DNA of 31,015 bases from Silvanigrellaceae bacterium (lineage in GTDB: Bacteria; Bdellovibrionota_B; Oligoflexia; Silvanigrellales; Silvanigrellaceae): contig JBMSQQ010000038.1 of assembly GCA_049423385.1 (NCBI GenBank), positions 1 to 31,015 of the forward strand, read 5' to 3'. Positions 7,920-16,294 of the stretch are shown piece by piece; the first letter of the stretch is position 1, and the number at the start of each line of letters is the position of its first letter. The translations under genes and the position numbers were made by a program. The notes beneath the pieces were generated by a model. That model ran no database searches, had not been told where the DNA came from, and was given only the letters and a program-made list of their open reading frames with translations.

Positions 7920-10019
7920 TTACAGCGGTCGCGCGAAAATGGCGTCCTTCCTGGAAAGCAGGTTTCGCGAAAGTCCCTTTCGCTTTGATTCGCGCAGATA
8001 AGTTTCTTCAGACACCTTCACAACCCTGACGACATCAGGAAGAATTCCGGTTTTCCTGTTCTTGAGATTCCAATGAGTCACCGTTGCGGAAACCCGGCCC
8101 TCGCCCGTAGAGTCGTTCACTTTTGCCAAGGCAGCCAATTCCGACAAACGCTGATTTTGGCCGGGATCCGACGATTCCTGATAAATGGCGAATGTCGTGC
8201 CAGGCTTGATGCCGAATTGACGAGCGTCGCTGAAGGTCAACACGACGTTGTTTTCACGCTGCTCAAATACTCCTCCTTCAAAAGGAACTGTTGCCAACCA
8301 TGCATCAAATGTTTTTCGCGCTGCGCTTTCTGGAGCAAGCTGGGGGGAAGTCTTCATCAAAGCCTGACGAGATTCGAAAAATTCTCGGCCGAACGCATCC
8401 AGCCCCGACAATCGAACCTCTCCATTTTTCTCATCATACTGAATGGAAAGCATCAAATCCCATTCGCCTGCAAGATGTGTTTCAGACCATCCTCGCGCGA
8501 CAATATCCGGAAGACTTTCACCAGCAGCCGCAATTCTCGCTTCGCTTTCAATCGAAACCACAGGTCGCACGGACTGCAATTGCATCAAACGCGCAATAAA
8601 GTCCCGACGCCATCTCCGCAATTCGGAGTTCTGCAACACACCCTGGAATGATTTCCCGTCGGCGCGTTCAACAATTGCAAGGGCTGGAAGATAATTTTGC
8701 TCAGAGGAAACCAAAAAAGTCTGCGGTGCAACTGAAGGCACTCCGGCTCCATCTGCAGCAAACCGATATTCGGATGGTTTTGCCCCACGTATCCGTACAC
8801 TCGTGGCGCTTTGATTGGGAGTTTTTGTGCTGTTGTAGATCGCAAATCCATCCAGACCACTGACGGTCAGCTTGCCGCCGGCAGAGTGCAATTCACTCTG
8901 TTCCACTTTACGCAAAAAACCATAGGCTTCCCGTTGAACCAAAGCTGCGGTGCCGGTGCCTGGCGACAATTCAAAGCGAAGTGGTTCTTCCACCTTTGCG
9001 CTGAACTTCACGGGAAAAGATCTCGGAGCACAGCACTCCTGAAAAACGGTGACGCTTTCGCCAAAGAATTCTTTTGGATATTTGCTTTCAAGAATGCCGT
9101 CGCTGCCAGTCATCCCAAGCTCATGAACACGATTGTCTTTCATCCTGCTCATGTACAGGGTTGCACCTGAAATGGGTTCACCCGCACTCATCACTTGAAT
9201 TTTGACCTTGCCCGTTTTGAAGACTGTAGCTATTCGACGGCCCGACTCCTCATTGGAAGGCACAGCTTCCAATGGCATCGTGGCTATTTCCTTGTCTACG
9301 TTCGGCAATGCGCTCTGGCCTAGGAGTTCGTCAGGGAACGACAGCCAGGACGGCACATTGCCCGCAGCAATCGAGGGAGGGCGTTCGGAATTTGATACAA
9401 CGCCGCAGATGAACCCCGGCAGTCCGCTGATTCTGCAATTCATGTCGAACCGAATTTTGTGGGTAGCCGCACCCTTCATGGATTCGCCTGGATTGACTTC
9501 GCCCGGTCCGGCAGTTTCCTCGGAACTGGAAAGTTCCTCCTCGCGCAAAGGGCCAGGCTGTAGCTGCACTTCGTCGGGTGATTGCGCCGTCAATTGACCA
9601 TCCATGGGCAAATCAATGGCAGAATCTCCTCGCCCTTGCGAAGCTTGAGCCGTCGACTCCGCATCCAAAACAGGCAAGCGAATTTCCATTTCCGAAGATT
9701 TCTTCCATGGATTCCAGCTCACACTCGCGCGCCGATTCTGCGAAAGATGAAGGATCTCTGCCGAAGGATCAGACACGGTCAGAAGTGCATTGTCGAGTTC
9801 CCAGCGCCTGCCCTGGATTTCAACCGTTCCATTGTGATCGGTCACAAGAACATCCCGATCCTCGAACGAGACCCAAACGCCGGACAAAGGGCCTGCGTTG
9901 TCGGTGACACGCACCTTGAGAGTCACCCGGGCGATTGCCAACTTCACGCCCAGTGCACCAGAAGTCGCGAGAAGTGCGGCAATTCCCCCAAGTCCCCACA
10001 TCAGGCGTGAGTGATTCAT
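7920..10019 (-). CDS. Hypothetical membrane-anchored protein with carboxypeptidase-regulatory-like (Ig/prealbumin) domains and a C-terminal CsgG-like/FlgT-C-like region
   Basis: SD GGAGG before ATG 10019 and an N-terminal hydrophobic anchor. Two repeats of V....G.P.SG..v......TD..G. C-terminal PFEGGV...GIKPGTTFAIY. Confidence 0.7.
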   Translation of the reverse strand: MNHSRLMWGLGGIAALLATSGALGVKLAIARVTLKVRVTDNAGPLSGVWVSFEDRDVLVTDHNGTVEIQGRRWELDNALLTVSDPSAEILHLSQNRRASVSWNPWKKSSEMEIRLPVLDAESTAQASQGRGDSAIDLPMDGQLTAQSPDEVQLQPGPLREEELSSSEETAGPGEVNPGESMKGAATHKIRFDMNCRISGLPGFICGVVSNSERPPSIAAGNVPSWLSFPDELLGQSALPNVDKEIATMPLEAVPSNEESGRRIATVFKTGKVKIQVMSAGEPISGATLYMSRMKDNRVHELGMTGSDGILESKYPKEFFGESVTVFQECCAPRSFPVKFSAKVEEPLRFELSPGTGTAALVQREAYGFLRKVEQSELHSAGGKLTVSGLDGFAIYNSTKTPNQSATSVRIRGAKPSEYRFAADGAGVPSVAPQTFLVSSEQNYLPALAIVERADGKSFQGVLQNSELRRWRRDFIARLMQLQSVRPVVSIESEARIAAAGESLPDIVARGWSETHLAGEWDLMLSIQYDEKNGEVRLSGLDAFGREFFESRQALMKTSPQLAPESAARKTFDAWLATVPFEGGVFEQRENNVVLTFSDARQFGIKPGTTFAIYQESSDPGQNQRLSELAALAKVNDSTGEGRVSATVTHWNLKNRKTGILPDVVRVVKVSEETYLRESKRKGLSRNLLSRKDAIFARPL

Positions 10020-10192
10020 GCCGACGAGCCTCCATCTGCTGCCATGTTGCCGTATCTCAATGCATTGTACGACAATCGCCCCACGGGCGATGCCAAGGTG
10101 TGGCAGAAATGACTCCCTACCGGTTTCGTTGCCAAATCCACGATAAATATGCAATAGTTCGGCTTTGTTTTGAAAATTGAGTCGAGGATTTC

Positions 10193-11710
10193 ATGACCGC
10201 AGCCAGCACACGCCCCGTCCGAGTTCGCATTGCTCCCAGTCCCACCGGTGATCCACACATCGGAACGGCGTACATCGCTTTGTTCAATTACGTCTTTGCG
10301 AAAAAACACGGTGGCAAATTCATTGTCCGCATCGAGGACACAGACCAGACTCGTTTCCGCAAGGACAGCGAAGCCATGATCCTCGACTGCCTCCGCTGGG
10401 TAGGCCTGACCTGGGATGAAGGTCCGGATGTGGGTGGCCCTCATGCTCCCTATCGGCAGAGCGAAAGAACGCAACTTTATCGTGAATACGCTCAAGTCTT
10501 GTTGGCAAAAGGGCATGCCTACCGGTGTTTTTGCAGTTCCGAACGACTGGACACCGTGCGCAAGGAACGCATGGCTCAAAAATTGCAAGGTGGCTACGAT
10601 CGCCACTGTCGTGATCTTCCGCTTGATGATGTCGAGCAAAAGGTCAAAAGCGGTGCACATTTCACAATACGAATGAAAATGCCGCTCAGTGGCCAAACCA
10701 CATTCAACGACGGATTGCGCGGCCCGGTGTCGTTCGAAAACGACGGAATCGATGACCAGGTGCTTTTGAAGTCCGACGGTTTCCCGACGTATCATTTGGC
10801 AAACGTCGTCGACGATCATGAAATGCAGATTTCACATGTCATTCGTGGTGAAGAATGGATTTCTTCAACGCCAAAACATGTTGTCTTGTATGATATGTTC
10901 GGTTGGCAAAGGCCGGAGTTCACCCACCTGCCGCTGCTGCGCAATGCCGACAAAAGCAAGATCTCCAAGCGCAAACAACCCACGAGCATCAATTATTATC
11001 GCCGCAAGGGAATTCTTCCCGACGCATTGAGAAACTATCTTGCGCTCATGGGCTGGAGCTGGGGAGACGACAAGGAACTGTTCACCACGGAGGAAATGGT
11101 TGAGCATTTCAGCATCGAAAGAATGACCCTTGGCGGGCCTGTCTTCGACCTCGAGAAACTCGCGTGGATCAATGGTCACTATATGCGCCATCTTTCGACA
11201 GCCGACTACGTGTCGCATTTGCGTCGTGAGGTCTTCTCGGACGAATATCTCCAGCAGATCGTTCCCTTGATTCGCGACCGCATCGAAAAATTTGAAGACT
11301 TCATGGGTGCAACCCATTTCTTCTTTTCGGGCGACCTCAAGTACGACCCGCAACTGCTGTTGCCCAAAGGAAAGAGTGCAACCGACACCGCACAAGCGCT
11401 TTCAGATGCACTCGACGCCCTCGAAGTGCTGGAATCGTGGACCGTGCCCGACCTCACCTCGGCCATGGAGGCCTTTCTCGCTGCAAAGAACCTGAAAGCG
11501 AAAGACGTTTACATGCCGCTCAGGGTCGCAACAACGGGAGCCAAGGAGACACCTCCCCTGTTTGAATCAATGCAGGTGATTGGCAAGGAAATGGTCCGTC
11601 GGCGCATCCGCTGCGCAGTCGCAGCACTTCACGCGCTGCCCGCACCTGCAGAAAACGCAGCGCCAACAGCATCCGCGGAAAAAGGCAAAACCCCGACAGG
11701 AAAGAGCTGA
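10193..11710 (+). CDS. gltX: Glutamate--tRNA ligase
   Basis: RVRIAPSPTGDPHIG (HIGH), RIEDTD, CFC...YDRHC Zn-type motif, PTYHLANVVDD, HVIRGEEW, KISKR (KMSKS), and a complete anticodon-binding domain (PLRVATTG...PPLFE). Confidence 0.98.
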   Translation: MTAASTRPVRVRIAPSPTGDPHIGTAYIALFNYVFAKKHGGKFIVRIEDTDQTRFRKDSEAMILDCLRWVGLTWDEGPDVGGPHAPYRQSERTQLYREYAQVLLAKGHAYRCFCSSERLDTVRKERMAQKLQGGYDRHCRDLPLDDVEQKVKSGAHFTIRMKMPLSGQTTFNDGLRGPVSFENDGIDDQVLLKSDGFPTYHLANVVDDHEMQISHVIRGEEWISSTPKHVVLYDMFGWQRPEFTHLPLLRNADKSKISKRKQPTSINYYRRKGILPDALRNYLALMGWSWGDDKELFTTEEMVEHFSIERMTLGGPVFDLEKLAWINGHYMRHLSTADYVSHLRREVFSDEYLQQIVPLIRDRIEKFEDFMGATHFFFSGDLKYDPQLLLPKGKSATDTAQALSDALDALEVLESWTVPDLTSAMEAFLAAKNLKAKDVYMPLRVATTGAKETPPLFESMQVIGKEMVRRRIRCAVAALHALPAPAENAAPTASAEKGKTPTGKS

Positions 11711-11713
11711 ACC

Positions 11714-14476
11714 ATGAGTATTTCAAACGGGCCGCAATCAACCAACACAACTGTTTTGCACAAAACCCTTTCCAATGGTTGCGAATGCTATCTGGAACAG
11801 GTGGACTTCGCTCCGCTTGTCAGCATGCAGATGTGGGTCAAGACGGGCAGCCTGGATGAAAATCCCCACGAGTTTGGAATGGCACATGTGCTTGAGCACA
11901 TGCTCTTCAAGGGAACCGAACGATTTCCGAAAACCGGAGAGATTGCCCAACGGGTGGAATCTGCCGGAGGCGACATCAACGCCTACACGACATTCGATCA
12001 CACAGTATACTACATCAACGCTCCCCGTGAATTTGCCTTTCAGGGTGCCGAATTGCTGTTTGATGTTGTGGGCTCAAGCCTTCTTGATGAGGAAGAGCTT
12101 AACCGCGAACTTGAAGTTGTTGTCGAAGAGATTCGCCGCAGCAGGGACAATCCCTCGGCCCGTCTGAGTCATACCTTGTTCAACAAGATTTTCGATGGCC
12201 ATCCGATGTCGCGACCGGTGATTGGCTACGAAGATGTCGTCAAGTCGTTCAACCGCCGAAACCTGATGGCATTCTACAAAAACTGGTACGTGCCGAACAA
12301 CATGACGTTTGTCGTCGCCGGCGATTTCCCTCTTGTCGACATGGAACAACAGTTGGAAAAACTCTCGAGCCGACTGCAAAAAGCAAAATTGCCGAATCGA
12401 GTTTGGTCGGTGAACCACCCGCAACCCAAACCATCCGCACCGGAATGCACACTGATCTATGGCCCGTACCAGGAAACGCGGCTTCAATTCACCGTTCCTG
12501 CGGCACCCTGCCTCGAAGACGAGACAACCCCCGCATGGGACATGTTCGCGAGCATCCTGGGACATGGTGATTCATCACGGTTATCCCACACCATCAAGGA
12601 CGAGGCGCAGCTCGTCACCGCGATAGATTCGTCCTTGTATACGCCAAGATTTGCATATGGTTTTGCCGGCTTTGGTTTTTACGCACGCAGCGAAACAACT
12701 CTTGAAGCGATCACAGCTTCAATCTTTGAAATTGCCCGTCTTGCAAAGGAAGGCCCGAATCATGCCGAACTTCAGCGCGTGCTGACCGCTGCAAAAGCGG
12801 AACGCATTTATTCGCGCGAGAGCATTGAAGGTCTTGTGCGAACCGTTGGTGGCAACCTGATGACCAATGCAAAACTGGCATTCGATGACCGTTATCTGGC
12901 GGCACTCAGGAAAATCACTGTTGAACAAGTCCAGGAATGCGCTGTTGCAGTCTGCCGTCAAATTGTTGCAGGCCAGGTGATCTGTGTGGCTGCGAGCAAT
13001 GAGGAACATGCAGCGACAATCAATGAAGCAAATTTGAAAAGCACAATCGAAAACGCTGCACGTCGTGTCGATACCTACTTGAATTCCAGGAATGGAAGGT
13101 TGACGGACACGAGTCCTGCCCTGACGCCGAAGCGCGAAACGTCCATCCGGAATCCAAATGTGGTTCATCACACGCTCAATCTTTCACCGAATGTGGAGAT
13201 GAGCTTCAACACTCGAATTTCGAATCGACTCCCTGTGACAAGCCAAGTGCTGGTGTGGCGCTGGGGCCAGCATGAAGAGCCGCTCGACAAGGCCGGCCTC
13301 AATTCCATCGTTGCGCAAATGCTCACGCGCGGCACCGCCCATCAGAGCTACAGATCGTTTGTGACGGAACTTGAAGACATGGGGGCTTCGATTAGCGCAT
13401 TTTCGGGACGTGATCTTTTTGGTTTGCGCCTGGATGCCTTGAGCGAAGTTCAACCACGCGCCCTCAAGATGCTGCTCGACTGCCTGACTTGCCCTGCCCT
13501 CGCGTCCGAACAGCTTCAAAGAATCCTCCGCGAAACGGAAGAAGTGCTTGTCGCTCAAAAAGACAGTCCAGGATCACGACTCAGCCGATTGTCGGGCCCT
13601 CTTTACTTCGGCAATCACCACTACGCACGGCCTGCACTCGGCACACTAGAATCATTGGCAAACATCACGCTTGAGGACGTTCAACAGCAGTGGCAGCGTC
13701 TGTTGCTGGCAAATCGGTTCGTTCTTTCTGGTGCAGGAAATTTCGACTCGGAGGCGACCTTTGAGATGGTTGCAACCGAACTTCAGCAAATAGCCCAGAC
13801 ACGTGATGAACGTCTTGCCGCTCTTGGCGCATTGGTTCCTGCGACGGTCGCTTCCGCTCCGGCGCGCGATCCGGGAATCGGTTACGACGAACTGAACCGG
13901 GAACAAGCACATATCAGCCTTGGAGTGCGTGGATACACACTTGCGGACAAGCAACGGACAGCCCTTGAGGTGGCGTGCGCCATTCTCGGCGGACAAGGTG
14001 GTCGATTGTTCATGGACCTGCGCGATGCACAATCGCTCGCTTACAGCGTCGGTTGTTCGCAGTCGCCAGGACTCTTGGGCGGAACGTTCACCGCATACAT
14101 CGGAACCGCCGCGGCAAAATCGCGCCAGGCACTCGCAGGCCTCAAAGCCCATCTTGAGAAAATAGCTGTTGAACTGCCTTCGAACGAAGAATTGATGCGT
14201 GCAAAAAACTCGCTGCTCGGAGCCCAAAGTCTCGACAGCCAGCACCATCATTATCAGGCGACACAATTGTCGATGAGCGACATTTACGGACTCGGCTACG
14301 ACAATTTCCTGGGCTTTAGAGATCGAATCGAGGCCGTGACTGCGGAAGATGTTTGTGATTCCGTTCGACAGCTTCTCAAGTCTCAAGCCCCACGCATTGC
14401 TGTGGTCGGGCCTGCCAACACCTGGGTTCCGCAGGCTGATGACGAGTTGTGTCGGTGGAACTTAGCAGCAAATTGA
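11714..14476 (+). CDS. M16 family zinc peptidase (pitrilysin/PqqL-like, two-module)
   Basis: GMAHVLEHMLFKGT (HxxEH), INAYTTFDHT.Y and E.EVVVEE in the first module. The second module lacks HxxEH but keeps the R/Y pair (LRDAQSLAY). Confidence 0.95.
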   Translation: MSISNGPQSTNTTVLHKTLSNGCECYLEQVDFAPLVSMQMWVKTGSLDENPHEFGMAHVLEHMLFKGTERFPKTGEIAQRVESAGGDINAYTTFDHTVYYINAPREFAFQGAELLFDVVGSSLLDEEELNRELEVVVEEIRRSRDNPSARLSHTLFNKIFDGHPMSRPVIGYEDVVKSFNRRNLMAFYKNWYVPNNMTFVVAGDFPLVDMEQQLEKLSSRLQKAKLPNRVWSVNHPQPKPSAPECTLIYGPYQETRLQFTVPAAPCLEDETTPAWDMFASILGHGDSSRLSHTIKDEAQLVTAIDSSLYTPRFAYGFAGFGFYARSETTLEAITASIFEIARLAKEGPNHAELQRVLTAAKAERIYSRESIEGLVRTVGGNLMTNAKLAFDDRYLAALRKITVEQVQECAVAVCRQIVAGQVICVAASNEEHAATINEANLKSTIENAARRVDTYLNSRNGRLTDTSPALTPKRETSIRNPNVVHHTLNLSPNVEMSFNTRISNRLPVTSQVLVWRWGQHEEPLDKAGLNSIVAQMLTRGTAHQSYRSFVTELEDMGASISAFSGRDLFGLRLDALSEVQPRALKMLLDCLTCPALASEQLQRILRETEEVLVAQKDSPGSRLSRLSGPLYFGNHHYARPALGTLESLANITLEDVQQQWQRLLLANRFVLSGAGNFDSEATFEMVATELQQIAQTRDERLAALGALVPATVASAPARDPGIGYDELNREQAHISLGVRGYTLADKQRTALEVACAILGGQGGRLFMDLRDAQSLAYSVGCSQSPGLLGGTFTAYIGTAAAKSRQALAGLKAHLEKIAVELPSNEELMRAKNSLLGAQSLDSQHHHYQATQLSMSDIYGLGYDNFLGFRDRIEAVTAEDVCDSVRQLLKSQAPRIAVVGPANTWVPQADDELCRWNLAAN

Positions 14477-14527
14477 GAATTGAAAATTAAAATAAGTTTG
14501 CCACTTCCAAGTTGTTTCAAAACAGAC

Positions 14528-14618
14528 GAGCGGGCAGTCAACGCCAGAGCCAGATTAGCGGGCAGTCAACGCCAGGGCCAGATTAGCGGGCAGTGATTGC
14601 CAGGGCCGAAAGAGCGGG
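14528..14618. repeat. 28-bp tandem repeat (about 3.2 units) overlapping the amylase stop codon
   Basis: AGCGGGCAGTCAACGCCAGAGCCAGATT (14529-14556), AGCGGGCAGTCAACGCCAGGGCCAGATT (14557-14584), AGCGGGCAGTGATTGCCAGGGCCGAAAG (14585-14612), then AGCGGG. Confidence 0.9.
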
Positions 14619-16130
14619 GATGGTGGTTTCAATCATTCCATTGGAGACTTCGATGACCTGACCTTTGCAACGGCCACCGAACCCGCGAGGTTTGTCGCCG
14701 CTGGAAACGAGATCACAGTAGGTCCCATCGCGAAGCGATGTGCTCACCCGGATTGCAACAGGTTTGGGTTCGATATTGACTGCAAACCAACCCTTGTCCT
14801 GGCGTGAGAAAGCGATTTGGCCACCTTGGGATGCACTCCACCAATCCGAAACACCCGCTCCACCCACAGCTTTTCTGAATTTGACCAAAGCCAGGACGCC
14901 ATTGTCGCGGTGTTCACACACCCAACCACTCTTTCCACAACGTGTTGTGCCATCATCTGCGTACACCGGCAGAGTTTCGCCTGTGGATGTCACAGGTGGT
15001 CCTTCCGAATCGTAACGGAAGTCGTAGCTGCTCATGATGGCCACGGAACCATAGTTGAACGCAAGCAGGAACATGTTTGCAAGTGAATGAACGGCACCAT
15101 CGCGGTAGGTCAGCACCCAACCGCCGCCGCCATGACCGCGCTGATTGTCGTGATTGTCCGTAAAGACAACAGCCTTCTCGGGAGGCAAGAACCCCCAGCC
15201 TTCGCCCATCGTTTCAAGTGCAGAAATGTTGCCCCGACGAAACAAGTTTCCGAGCGTAAGGCCAACACGGAATTCGGTGACCGAGCCGTTGTCGATATAT
15301 TCGCGCGATGCAATCGGCTCGCCGCCCTGATCGATGACTTCCTGAAATACAAAAGGAGACTTGTTGAGCTTGGCAACAATCGCACCAACATCGGTTGTCG
15401 AGATGTGCTTTGCCGCGTCAATTCGGAAACCGCGCACACCAAGGTCGATTTGCTCATTCAAGAAATCTGCAATTTTCGTGCGCACCGTTTCTGCGCCCGT
15501 GTTTAGATCGGCCAACCCCAAAAGCTCACAGTTCTGCACTTCCCAGCGATCCTGGTAGTTGCGGATCACGCTGTCGGAATAGCGGCCACAATGATGAAAG
15601 TCTGAAAAAGAGAAAAGGCCAGGATAAGTATACCTTTGATACTGTGATCCGGCAGACCCGGCTTCCGATTGATTGTACGGAAGCGTTTGAGCCATGTGGT
15701 TGATCACCGCATCGGAAATAACGTCAACACCGGCAGCCTTGCAGCGGCTGACCATGTCGACGAATTCCGCACGGGTTCCGCTGCGGCTTTCCAGGCGATA
15801 GCTCACCGGCTGATAGCGTTGAAACCAAGGACTCCCGGGCATGAGACGATGCTCTTGCGGCGGAGAAATCTGGACTGCATCCACTCCCGCAGGGCCCAGT
15901 ACGTTTTCGCATTCCTTTGCAACATCAGTCCATTTCCATTCAAACAGGTGAACGAAACTCCCGATTTCCGGAAGCGAGCGGATGCGAGCAAAGTTGGCAC
16001 GTTCGGTGGAGATGCGAGAACTGGTGAGGCTGGAAGAACTGGACTGCGAAGGGCCGCAAGAGACAACGAGCCAACAGCCAGCCATCGTCATCAGGGATTT
16101 TTTGAAAACTGACTGCATAATGCTTGCCAA
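14583..16130 (-). CDS. Alpha-amylase, GH13 animal/Actinobacteria-like type, predicted lipoprotein
   Basis: FVHLFEWKW, QISPPQEH, RYQPVSY, DAVINH, GFRIDAAKH (nucleophile), QEVID (acid/base), FTDNHDNQRGHGGG, WVCEHR and a C-terminal domain with G.YCD. Lipobox VVSC is followed by a Ser-rich linker. Start is TTG 16130 or ATG 16118. Confidence 0.95.
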   Translation of the reverse strand: MASIMQSVFKKSLMTMAGCWLVVSCGPSQSSSSSLTSSRISTERANFARIRSLPEIGSFVHLFEWKWTDVAKECENVLGPAGVDAVQISPPQEHRLMPGSPWFQRYQPVSYRLESRSGTRAEFVDMVSRCKAAGVDVISDAVINHMAQTLPYNQSEAGSAGSQYQRYTYPGLFSFSDFHHCGRYSDSVIRNYQDRWEVQNCELLGLADLNTGAETVRTKIADFLNEQIDLGVRGFRIDAAKHISTTDVGAIVAKLNKSPFVFQEVIDQGGEPIASREYIDNGSVTEFRVGLTLGNLFRRGNISALETMGEGWGFLPPEKAVVFTDNHDNQRGHGGGGWVLTYRDGAVHSLANMFLLAFNYGSVAIMSSYDFRYDSEGPPVTSTGETLPVYADDGTTRCGKSGWVCEHRDNGVLALVKFRKAVGGAGVSDWWSASQGGQIAFSRQDKGWFAVNIEPKPVAIRVSTSLRDGTYCDLVSSGDKPRGFGGRCKGQVIEVSNGMIETTIPALSALAITAR

Positions 16131-16182
16131 TTCACTTCCCCTTCAAAGTTAATCCAACAAATACGTTCGGTTACCGCAAAAG

Positions 16183-16194
16183 CAACAATTGTTG
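16183..16194. promoter_or_regulatory. Perfect 12-bp palindrome, candidate operator upstream of the amylase gene
   Basis: CAACAATTGTTG lies about 53 bp upstream of the amylase start in the 164-bp miaA-amylase spacer. Confidence 0.35.
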
Positions 16195-16294
16195 TCCGCA
16201 CACTAGATCACTTTTGGTCTGCCGGCCAGACTTTCGTTTCAATTTTTAAATTTTCGCATACCGGGCGACGCAGAATTCTCTCAAGTACCTGAAA

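Noticed and set aside
14528..14618. Possible mini-CRISPR array
   Set aside because: The units are head-to-tail with no spacers, one unit is coding sequence, and no cas genes are present.
16131..16294. hfq expected downstream of mutL-miaA
   Set aside because: No Hfq-like ORF is present, and the 164-bp spacer is too short for one. The linkage is not universal, so its absence says little.
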